DNA of 64,000 bases from a virus. Shown here piece by piece: positions 8,211 through 17,600 of this stretch. The translations under genes and the position numbers were made by a program. Numbering within the stretch: the first letter of the stretch is position 1; every line of letters starts with the position of its first letter. A model generated the notes under the pieces. It had not been told where the DNA came from, did not search any database, and saw only the letters and a list, made by a program, of their open reading frames with translations. Location of the stretch: IMG/VR virus record IMGVR_UViG_3300020469_000001, positions 1-64,000 of that record. One strand, 5' to 3'.

Positions 8211-11210
8211 TTATACCTCTATTGTTGTTCTAACGAACTTATATGCCATAGTATCACCACTTGCTGGTGTTACTCTTAACCTTACATTACCACCACTTAT
8301 ATCTGCATCAAATGTTGCTTGTGCACCATTGTCAAATATAGAAGCGTACTGTGTTAAATATACTGTTGAACCATCATGGAATAAGAATATTTCTATTGCA
8401 TGAAAGTTTGTGTCTGTTGAATTTGTTACCTGTACATTGTACTTAGCAGTTCTAAATATAGAAGCGCTGAATGAATCTAGTGTAAATACTGTTGTAGCAC
8501 CTGATGTTCCTGTACCAACATCCATACCAGCTACTTCATCTATGTGTAGTTTTTGTGGTGGGTTAGTATCTTGTATACCTATCTTATCTGCTTGTAATCT
8601 TGTAGTAGCATTAAGTGTTGGTATTACTTGAGTTCCAGTAAATGTTTGATTTAAAGCCCCTGCATCTATCTTAGCTGCTGTTACTGCATCATCTGCTAGT
8701 TCTGTTGTATCTACATTACCTGCAACTATATTTGCTGTAACAACTGAGTTATCTGCTAACTTTGCTTGTGTTACTGCATCAGCAGCTAGTTTAGCTGTTG
8801 TAACTTGTAAGTTTCCTAAATGTATAGTGTCTATACTACCACTTACTAATTCTGCTGAATCTACTGAGTTTGCTGCTAAGTCTCCTGCTGCAATAGTTGC
8901 ATCTGCTATCAAGTCTGATGTAATTAGACCGCTTGATATAAACGCAACACTATTAATAGCATTATCTGCTATCTTACTTGATATTACTGAATCAGTCGCT
9001 AGTTGAGCTGAATCTACTTGACCATTGTCAATATGTTTAGTAAGAATACTATTCTGTGCTATTTTTTCACTTGTGATTGCATTGTCTTGTACCTTTGCAG
9101 TCGCTACTGAGTTACCAGCTAATTGTGCTGTGTTAATTAGAGCGTCTGCAATAAAGTCAACACTATCAATAGCGTTGTCTGCAATATGTCTTGATACTAT
9201 TTGGTCGGTTGCAATTTTTGCTGAAGTAACATTGTTAGCTGCTATCTTAGCTGTTAGTACTGAATTACCTGCAAGATGTATACCATCTATACTACCAGTT
9301 ACTAATTCTGCGCTGTCTACACTATTCTGTGCTATCTTACCAGCTGTTACTGCATTATTTGCTAACTTAACAGTAGTTACCTGTAAGTCTCCTAAATGTA
9401 TTGTATCTATTGATCCACTAACTAACTCTGCTGAGTCTACTGAGTTGGCGGCTAGACTTGTTGCTAGAGCGACTCCAGCTGAACCATTGAAGTTCACACC
9501 TGAAGCAGTTACATCTCCTGTTAGAGAGAAAGCTCTATTTGTTGCTAAAGCTGTAGCTGTATCTGCATTACCTGTTAACGCACCTGTTACATCTCCGTAA
9601 AGTCTACCTGCTTGTATATTTGCATTTGTAAGAGATAAGTCTCCAGTCGATGCACCTGTTGCTGTTGTAGTTGCAAATCTTACTCTGTCTGCACTTTCAT
9701 CCCAACCAATAAATACATTGTTTGAGTCGCCTCTTTCCATTACAATACCTAAGTCACCAGATGGAGTTCCTGTTACTCCGTTTGCTAGTTCTATTAACTT
9801 ATCTGATACTACTGTATTTGTTGATGAAGCTGTTGTTGTTGTTCCTGTAAATTCTACATCACCTGAAAAACTGACACTACCTGTAAATGTTTGTCCACTA
9901 AGTGCGTCTGATTTTAGTTCTGATGATGATACAGCGTTAGCTGCTATCTTTACTGCTGTAATCGCATTGTCAGCTATCTTTGCTGTTGTTACATTTGAGT
10001 CTGCAATATGTGCTGTATCAATACTGCCGTCTACATAGTGTTCTGAATTGATACTATCGTCTGCAATTTTTGCTCCACTTACTACATCTGCAGCTAAGTG
10101 TATTGCATCGATACTGCCTGAAACAAGTTCTGCTGAGTCTACTGAGTTAGCAGCTATTTTAGCCGCTGTAATTAGATTGTCTGCAAGGTCTACTGTATTG
10201 ACTGCTCCATTTACTATTTTTGCTGAAGTAACAGAATTATCAGCAAGTTCATTACTAGTTACTTGTGAGGCACCAATTTTTGCTGTTGTTACAGCATCAG
10301 TTGCAAGATGTATTGCATCTATACTACCAGTTACTAACTCTGCTGAGTCTACTGAATTTTCAGCTATCTCTGATGAGCCTATTGCATTTGCAGGTATTTT
10401 TGCCGATGTAATAGCGTTGTTAGCTATCTTTGCTGTTGTTACTTGTAATGCTCCTAAATGTATTGTGTCTATTGAGCCTGTTACTAATTCTGCTGAATCT
10501 ACTGAGTTAGCAGCTATCTGTAAAGCTCCTACACCATCAGTTGCGATTTCACTTGCAGTAATTGAGTTTTCAGCTATAAGTGCGCTAGTAATTTGATTAG
10601 CTGCTATGTGAGCAGTATCTATACTACCATCTACTAAATGTTCGGAATCTATTGAATCATCAGCTATTTTTGCGCTTGTAACTGCGTCAGCTGCTATCTT
10701 ACCTGTAGTAACATTTAAGTTTGCTATTTTTGCTGTTGTTACTTGTGAAGCTCCAATATGTATTGTATCTATTGAACCTGTAATTAATTCTGCTGAATCT
10801 ACAGAGTTTGCTGATAGTTGTGTACTACCTACTGCGTTACCTGCTATTTCTGCAGTATCTATTGAATTGGCAGCTATCTCACTCGAAGTGATTGCGTTTG
10901 CTCCTATCTTCGCTGTTGTAACTGCACCTGTTGATAGATGTATTGTATCTATACTTCCTGAAACTAACTCGCTAGAGTCTACTGCATTAGCTGCTATAGC
11001 TGCTGCATCGATTGCATTGTCTTGAACCCCTGCTACTGATGTAGCTTGTAGTTGAGCGGCACCAACTGCATTAGTTGCTAACTCAGCTTGTGTAATTGCA
11101 TTAACTGCTATTTCTGAAGCCGTGACAGCATTAGCTGCTATCTTAGTGGCCGTAATAGCATTACCTGCTACCGCATTTTCTTGTACTAAAACCTTACCTA
11201 TTAATGGCAT
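8211..11210 (-). CDS. Long tail fibre with 10-residue VTxAKIAxx/VDSAELVxG repeats
   Basis: Dozens of decapeptide repeats; C-terminal FRTAKYxVQ...HDGSTVYLTQYA domain common in marine phage fibres. Confidence 0.8.
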   Translation of the reverse strand: MPLIGKVLVQENAVAGNAITATKIAANAVTASEIAVNAITQAELATNAVGAAQLQATSVAGVQDNAIDAAAIAANAVDSSELVSGSIDTIHLSTGAVTTAKIGANAITSSEIAANSIDTAEIAGNAVGSTQLSANSVDSAELITGSIDTIHIGASQVTTAKIANLNVTTGKIAADAVTSAKIADDSIDSEHLVDGSIDTAHIAANQITSALIAENSITASEIATDGVGALQIAANSVDSAELVTGSIDTIHLGALQVTTAKIANNAITSAKIPANAIGSSEIAENSVDSAELVTGSIDAIHLATDAVTTAKIGASQVTSNELADNSVTSAKIVNGAVNTVDLADNLITAAKIAANSVDSAELVSGSIDAIHLAADVVSGAKIADDSINSEHYVDGSIDTAHIADSNVTTAKIADNAITAVKIAANAVSSSELKSDALSGQTFTGSVSFSGDVEFTGTTTTASSTNTVVSDKLIELANGVTGTPSGDLGIVMERGDSNNVFIGWDESADRVRFATTTATGASTGDLSLTNANIQAGRLYGDVTGALTGNADTATALATNRAFSLTGDVTASGVNFNGSAGVALATSLAANSVDSAELVSGSIDTIHLGDLQVTTVKLANNAVTAGKIAQNSVDSAELVTGSIDGIHLAGNSVLTAKIAANNVTSAKIATDQIVSRHIADNAIDSVDFIADALINTAQLAGNSVATAKVQDNAITSEKIAQNSILTKHIDNGQVDSAQLATDSVISSKIADNAINSVAFISSGLITSDLIADATIAAGDLAANSVDSAELVSGSIDTIHLGNLQVTTAKLAADAVTQAKLADNSVVTANIVAGNVDTTELADDAVTAAKIDAGALNQTFTGTQVIPTLNATTRLQADKIGIQDTNPPQKLHIDEVAGMDVGTGTSGATTVFTLDSFSASIFRTAKYNVQVTNSTDTNFHAIEIFLFHDGSTVYLTQYASIFDNGAQATFDADISGGNVRLRVTPASGDTMAYKFVRTTIEV

Positions 11211-11211
11211 T

Positions 11212-11544
11212 TTATGTTTGCTCCAAATAACTTAGTACTACATCTATTGAGGAGGCTATGTTCGATTGAACTTTTATTGCGTCTCCTGCTTCTAGTACTA
11301 CTTTAGCATCTCCCCCGACTGGTGCGAGTGTAGATTGTCCTGGTATTTCTATTTGTGATACTATACCTACATGGGTAGTTGACGATGCATCGTAAAACTC
11401 TACATTTGCTTCGGCCGCCCCTCCACTCTGATTACAAAGATATAATCCTATAATAGTGGTAGTGGTGTTTGATGGGCAAGTGTATACTGTTGCTAAACTT
11501 GTACCCACATTTGCGCTTGTTGCTGTTTTAAATGCTGATGCCAT
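11212..11544 (-). CDS. Small beta-sandwich virion protein
   Basis: TVYTCPS.TTT.IIGL.LCN...LEAGD.I pattern common in marine phage tail loci. Confidence 0.65.
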   Translation of the reverse strand: MASAFKTATSANVGTSLATVYTCPSNTTTTIIGLYLCNQSGGAAEANVEFYDASSTTHVGIVSQIEIPGQSTLAPVGGDAKVVLEAGDAIKVQSNIASSIDVVLSYLEQT

Positions 11545-11548
11545 AATC

Positions 11549-11758
11549 TTATCCTAATGCTATTGAAAAGGCGAGTAAATCTTGAGTTGTTAGCTGATCG
11601 GGATTGTGACTAGCAATAGTCACAATACTTCCGTTTGCAGCTTTAGTATAAACTTTCTGTTCGTGAACATTCATTGCAATTTCATGTGTTTGCAAATCGT
11701 CTGTTCCTGGTGCAGCTCCCGCCGTTTCTGACCTTTTTACTTTTATTACGTGAGACAT
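11549..11758 (-). CDS. Short fibre-attachment-domain protein
   Basis: IKVKRSETAGAAP...EIAMN...KVYTK is the same N-terminal motif as the upstream fibre; probable start MSHVIK. Confidence 0.6.
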   Translation of the reverse strand: MSHVIKVKRSETAGAAPGTDDLQTHEIAMNVHEQKVYTKAANGSIVTIASHNPDQLTTQDLLAFSIALG

Positions 11759-11759
11759 A

Positions 11760-13331
11760 TTAGAATGTTCCTCCATCTAATGTATTTGTCCATACTATTG
11801 TTCCGTTTGCCCCAACTTGTAGAACTTGTCCTACTGAATTTGTTGAGTCATATGTTCCGATTGATAAAGAAGCAAATGAACTTCCACCATTTGCACCATA
11901 TAGTAGTGTGCCTTCTGGTAAAGAACTTACTCCTTTTAATCTTGCTGTGTCTGAGTTTATCTCTATTGTAGTATCATCTACATTAAGAGAAAGTGTGTTT
12001 CCTGATTTTGCTAAACCGTTTCCTGCAGTAACACTACCAGCTCCTGAGAACTGAGTCATTGTTATAACAGATGTTCCGATTGTTGCTGAGCCAGTTATGT
12101 TTGAAAGTACGAAACCTGCGTCTGCGTCACTTCCTTCTTCTACAAATGTAAACATACCACCAGTAACTTCTGATGAGCTATCTGCGTCTGTTGCTCTTGT
12201 AAGAACATATGGGTTTGAAACATCACCAACTGTTGTTACAGAATAGATACCATTTTGTAGTCCAGCTGTTTGAGCCTTAACAAGTACTCTATCTCCAGAA
12301 GTTAATGCAACGCTGTCTATTGTTACAGCCCCATTTCCATCTGCTGTCAGTGTCGCTCCGACACCACTAGTACCGTTGTTATATGCTGCTGATAAGTTTG
12401 ATTGTGAAGCAATTCTTACTGAATCTTTAATATCAAGTGCTTGTTTTACACCATCTACATATGCTTTTGTTACTGCATCTGTAGCTTGTACTGGAGTACC
12501 GATATTAGTAACTTTATTTCCGCCCATGTCCACAGTCTGTGAACCTGCTACTGTCATTCCACCATCAAAGTCTGCTGACTCTGTGAAGGTTGCTGTACCT
12601 GTTACTGTTATTGTATCGCCTGATGCGTTACCAAGTGTTACATTGCCATCAGCTTGTAAAGCACCATCAACTTCTAAGTTTCCTGTTAAAGTTGAGTTTC
12701 CAGTTACATCTAAAGTACCTGCTACTAATGTATTACCTGTACCACTTGCTACTGTAAATTTGTCTGTGTTTACCGTTAAGTTACCTGTAACTACTGCTGA
12801 TCCTAAAGTTGCTGCTCCTGAAACATCTAACGCTCCATTCAAGTCAACATCTTTGTTGATTTCTACTTCTTCTGCACCATTTGTTGTGATAAATTTAACA
12901 TAAGAGGTTCCGCCTTCATTTATGTCTAAAGCTGCTGCTTCATTATCGGGAATGGTTAAAGAGGTAGCTTGACTTGCTAAGCTAAGTGTTCCGCCGTGTG
13001 TTATTACTAGTGACCCTGCTGGTGCTATTGTTAAATTACCAGAGGCAGTACTAATAGTATTATTTGAGCCAGTAACTACAATATTACCAGTTTTTAATTG
13101 GTCTATTTTACTAGAGGCGTCTACGACTACTGCTGAACTCGCTGTAAGAGTACCAGCTGTATGGTCGAGCATTTCGACAAATAAGTCTCCCCCTATTGTT
13201 GTTACTGCTGAAGAAGTTGGGTGTCCTACAAAGAGCTTTTTGGAATTAGACGAATACGCTAACTCACCTTGACCCAAGGAGGTAGGAGCGGCGGTACTAC
13301 TACTTCTTTTGATTTTAATGGTTTGTGCCAT
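11760..13331 (-). CDS. Tail fibre protein
   Basis: IKIKRSS...GELAYS N-terminus; DAVTKAYVD; GDRVLVKAQT..QNGIY; C-terminal LDGGTF. Confidence 0.8.
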   Translation of the reverse strand: MAQTIKIKRSSSTAAPTSLGQGELAYSSNSKKLFVGHPTSSAVTTIGGDLFVEMLDHTAGTLTASSAVVVDASSKIDQLKTGNIVVTGSNNTISTASGNLTIAPAGSLVITHGGTLSLASQATSLTIPDNEAAALDINEGGTSYVKFITTNGAEEVEINKDVDLNGALDVSGAATLGSAVVTGNLTVNTDKFTVASGTGNTLVAGTLDVTGNSTLTGNLEVDGALQADGNVTLGNASGDTITVTGTATFTESADFDGGMTVAGSQTVDMGGNKVTNIGTPVQATDAVTKAYVDGVKQALDIKDSVRIASQSNLSAAYNNGTSGVGATLTADGNGAVTIDSVALTSGDRVLVKAQTAGLQNGIYSVTTVGDVSNPYVLTRATDADSSSEVTGGMFTFVEEGSDADAGFVLSNITGSATIGTSVITMTQFSGAGSVTAGNGLAKSGNTLSLNVDDTTIEINSDTARLKGVSSLPEGTLLYGANGGSSFASLSIGTYDSTNSVGQVLQVGANGTIVWTNTLDGGTF

Positions 13332-13349
13332 GATTTTATCCTATCGAGC

Positions 13350-13730
13350 TTAAAAGCTCCCTGCGTCTACCGTATCTGAGTCCGCTGAGTTGTTACCTAT
13401 CATTATAGGGACAAATTCAAATGTTCCACTAGATGTTTCTCGGTAGATCTTTAACTGATTATCATCAGTATCATAATATAAATCTCCTTCTGCCAAGTCT
13501 GTTGTACTTGACGTAGGAGCTGTTGTTGATACAAAAAATTGGTTGGCAAGAAAGTTGAGTGCTTCCTCTACATTTGAAGCTGTTGAGATAGTACCTACTG
13601 GTGAAGTAAGTGTGATACCTGAAGCAGCTGAAGTATCTCCGCCTATGGCGTTAGAAATTGTTAGTGTAGTGGTTTGTGCAGTGGCATTTATAGTCTGTGT
13701 TTGTGGAGTAATTGATATAGTTGTTGCCAT
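13350..13730 (-). CDS. Tail fibre accessory protein
   Basis: STTAP...EGDLYYDTDDNQLKIY motif; C-terminal DAGSF. Confidence 0.6.
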   Translation of the reverse strand: MATTISITPQTQTINATAQTTTLTISNAIGGDTSAASGITLTSPVGTISTASNVEEALNFLANQFFVSTTAPTSSTTDLAEGDLYYDTDDNQLKIYRETSSGTFEFVPIMIGNNSADSDTVDAGSF

Positions 13731-14068
13731 TATCTTGTCACATTCTGTGTAACTCTTGCTACACCTTGAACCAATCTAGTGATTGTATTTGCACTAGAAT
13801 TAAAAATTTCAGTATCATAATAATATTTACCTGCAGCTATATTTGCAGTAAGAGCATGTCCTAATTTCATAGTGAACTTACCATTAGCTGTGTCTGTAAC
13901 TGTACAAGTAAATGTTGCTGTAAGAGTATTGGAAGAAGGGGTAGGACGTAGTTGTGCTGTAACACTGTGGTTACTAAGATTAACTGCTGTGCCGTCTTGG
14001 GCTAAAGCAAATTCCAAAGCAAAATCACTGCCTTGGTCAATAACTATATCATAATTTCCTGCTGCCAT
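13730..14068 (-). CDS. Fibre collar/anchor protein (T5 p132/LtfC- or BppU-like)
   Basis: YDIVIDQGSDF...GKYYYD...RLVQG; first gene of the fibre operon. Confidence 0.7.
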   Translation of the reverse strand: MAAGNYDIVIDQGSDFALEFALAQDGTAVNLSNHSVTAQLRPTPSSNTLTATFTCTVTDTANGKFTMKLGHALTANIAAGKYYYDTEIFNSSANTITRLVQGVARVTQNVTR

Positions 14069-14089
14069 ATTTATACTCCTATATGCTAA

Positions 14090-14118
14090 ATTATATCAAA
14101 AATAAGAGGTGATGTCAA
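14090..14118 (-). promoter_or_regulatory. Sigma70 promoter for the fibre operon
   Basis: TTGACA-N17-TATAAT preceded by AAAAATAGTTC. Confidence 0.85.
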
Positions 14119-14163
14119 GAACTATTTTTGAGAGGCATATGTGCTAACTAGAAAAGTCCGTTT

Positions 14164-14604
14164 TTAGTTATATCTATCTCCATACAATGTTCGAGCAAAT
14201 TTATCTTTTAACGCTAGTAGTTTGTCTTCTTCTAACATGATAGTTTTTGCCCAGTTAAGCATTATAGCCTCAGTTACGTTTTGATAGGGAGTGACAAATC
14301 CTGATAGTTCACCCCCTGCTTTGGCTCTCCAAGGTAAGTAAACTTTTTCATATTCTTCGTGTTCTTGGTCATTCTGCCCTTCAACTAAGTGACTGGCATT
14401 TGAGGAAGTATCATCTTTTCCTGTAATTTTTAGTCTAACCATCTTTACCATGTCATTTTCTCTTATTCTTGGCATTTCTTGATTATTTACAAAATGTTGA
14501 GTTTCATGATTAGAATACTCCCATACAAAATTCATTTGTACATTAAGTGTTGTAGTAACTGCGTTTCCTTCGCTGTCTGTTCCTGTTTTAATTATATAGT
14601 CCAT
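14164..14604 (-). CDS. Hypothetical protein (possible tail-tip chaperone)
   Basis: TAATG-coupled to TipJ; FVTPYQNVTE..MLNW motif. Confidence 0.6.
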   Translation of the reverse strand: MDYIIKTGTDSEGNAVTTTLNVQMNFVWEYSNHETQHFVNNQEMPRIRENDMVKMVRLKITGKDDTSSNASHLVEGQNDQEHEEYEKVYLPWRAKAGGELSGFVTPYQNVTEAIMLNWAKTIMLEEDKLLALKDKFARTLYGDRYN

Positions 14605-17600
14605 TATGCCTTCTGATTCCCACCTACGTTATGTGCAACGTATCCTTTATTATTTCCACCGCGTACTACATAAGTATCATCATCTTCTACATCCATATTA
14701 TGAGTAATACAAGATTGTGTTACTTTAGGTATCGCAAATATTTCTTCTCTAGTTCCATCTTCACAGATTAAAAAGTCCCCAACTCTTAAATCTTCTACTA
14801 TTACAAATTTAAATACATCATCTTTAAATGTTAACATTGGATGTTCATTAGTAACTTTTAAATTATAATTAATCCAATAATAATTTGTATGTGAATGGGG
14901 GTCTGTTACCTCGACAACATTTGAAGTTCCAAAACTTCCACTGCCTATTTCTGGAGTTGTCCAAGTTTCCCAAGCATTTTCATCGAGTGATAAACTTGAA
15001 TGTCTGAATGATTTTACATTTTCTCCAGCAGTTACATCTTCGATTGCTTTCGTAGTTCCATCAGCCATGACGACAGGAGTTCCTTGTACGAAACAACCTC
15101 CTCCGCCTCCTGGCGGATTGCCTCCTCCGCCTCCAGAGGTGCCTCCAGTTGTTACAGTATAGTCTGCTGAGGCTTCTCCTATAGTAACAGTTGAAGTTCT
15201 TGCGGTAAGATTTGCATTTGCTGAAGTAATCTCAACATTGATATAACTTCCATTTGCTATATTTTGATTTGAAGTTCCAAAACTTCCATTATCAATTTTA
15301 AATCTTGTGAAAGAAGTATTACTTATACTTGCTGTTTTTGTTCCTTGGAATCCTCCAACTACTTGTGTGTTTGAATATGTTGCAGTATTTAATGCTACAC
15401 CTGTTTGGTTTGCAAAACTAAATACTGGATCTGTTGTTCCAAACTTGATAAATCTTGCTTCCGCTGAACCTACTGTATCTGGCCCCGTATCTGCTTGAGC
15501 TCTTATAAACATTGATACATTACCGGAGCCTGTATATGTAAATGCAATCGGCATATTAGCTGTTTGTGCACTAGAGAATAGTCTACCTTCTGATAAGTTA
15601 CCTGCTGTATATTGGTCTACCCTAGGAGTTTCATAAATTAATGTTCCGTCACTTGCAGTAGAACTACCTGTTCTTGCTTGAATACTAATAGTCTTAACAT
15701 GGTTTGTTCCACCAGTCAATCTTACAAATCCTTGATAAAAGCCCGGGCCACTACCTACACTTACAATATGTTTGTTATCCATAGTGTTGGTAGACCAGCT
15801 ACCTACAGTACTACCAGATACATTGGCACCAGATGAAGGCACTACAAGTGTACCATTTACTACTATGTCATCTCCTTCAAGTGTACCTTTGAATTTTGCA
15901 TTACCTGCTGTATCAATCATAAATGTATTAGCAGATATAAATCCATCCGATCCTAGTAATATACCACCTGTATTTAAGAAAGCATTATTACCTTGCGTAC
16001 TATCAGTAGTAGTAAAGTTACCTACGATTCCACCACCTGCTAAGTGATATTGACTGATTGACCAACCACCAATACCTCCGCCAACTACTGTTGATGAAGC
16101 ATTTACTGCGGCGTGAGTAACTTTTGAGTCTGCGGTACTTTGAGCAGTTGCTGCATTGGTAGTTGCAGTATTCGCTTGACCGTATGCATTGCCTGCTTTT
16201 GTATCTGCAGCTGCTGCATTTGTTGTTGCAGTATTGGCTTGTCCATAAGCATTACCTGCTTTTGTGTCTGCCGAGGCAGCATTGGTAGTAGCTGTGTTAG
16301 CCTGCCCATATGCATTGCCCGCTTTTGTATCAGCCGCGGCTGCATTAGTCGTAGCCGTGTTAGCTTGACCGAAAGCATTACCTGCTTTTGTATCAGCTGC
16401 TGCTGCGTTAGTAGTAGCAGTATTAGCTTGTGTAAAAGCGTTGCCCGCTTTTGTATCTGCTGATGCGGCATTTGTTGTAGCAGTATTTGCTTGACCAAAA
16501 GCTGAATTTGCTTGACCAAAAGCTGAGTTTGCTTGTCCAAATGCTGAGTTAGCTTGTGTAAAGGCTGAGTTTGCTTGTGTAAATGCACTATTAACTGTGC
16601 CTGATAAAGTGGAACTTCCAGCTGCTGTGTTAAATGCACCTACTGATATACTTCCGCTAAAACTTCCTGTTGCAGCTTGTAGTTCTCCTTTAAATTTAGC
16701 GTTACCTGCAGTGTCTATATAAAATTGATTTGCAGAAATAAAACCGTCTGACCCTAGTAAAAGGCCCCCTGTGTTTAAGAATGAAGCATTGCCTTGTGTG
16801 TTATCGTTTGTTGTAAAGTTTCCTACAATACCTCCACCTGCTATATGGTAAGTTGTTATGCTCCATCCACCTATTCCACCACCTACTATAGTTGATGATG
16901 AGTTAACTGCGGCATGGGTTACTTTTGTGTTTGCTGCAGCATGTGCTGAATTAGCTGCTGTATGTGCTGTATTACCTTTGGAAAATGCTGAGTTTGCTTG
17001 TCCAAATGCTGAGTTAGCTGCTGTATGTGCTGTATTACCTTTGGAAAATGCTGAGTTAGCTTGTGTAAAGGCTGAATTTGCTTTATCATCGTCTGTAAAT
17101 CCAGAATCGTTATTTAGGTCAGATATATCTTTACCTGCAATATTTATTCGTGCAGCATCAATTGTTCCTGTTGTAATTCTTCCCCCATCAATTGTAGTAG
17201 TACCACTTGAACCTAGATCTGAAGATGTGATTCCTGTATGAGTGTTAGTACCATCTGTTATTGAGTTAGTTCCTGTAAATGTTACAAGACCTGTAAAGTT
17301 CTGTCCTTGATAGGCTTGTGAGAATGTAATCGTTGGTGTACTATCATTAAATTCATCTTCAACAACACTAAAGTATGCATACCAATATTTATTAGAGTTG
17401 CTACCTGTGTATGTAGGTTGTATTTGATTCCAATTTGTACCACCTGTACCAATTACACCACCGCTTAATAAGCTAGTGCTAAAGCTGTATGATATTCCTG
17501 CGTTTGAAGGATTACCTGGTGAACTCGAACTTGATGATTGATAGAAAATGTAACCAGTAGCAGTTCTTGGGCCAGTGCCCCCTGCAGCTCCATCATCTCC

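Noticed and set aside
14628-15095. Canonical splicing intein or homing element
   Set aside because: No endonuclease domain, the +1 residue is Val and the C-extein is only 7 aa
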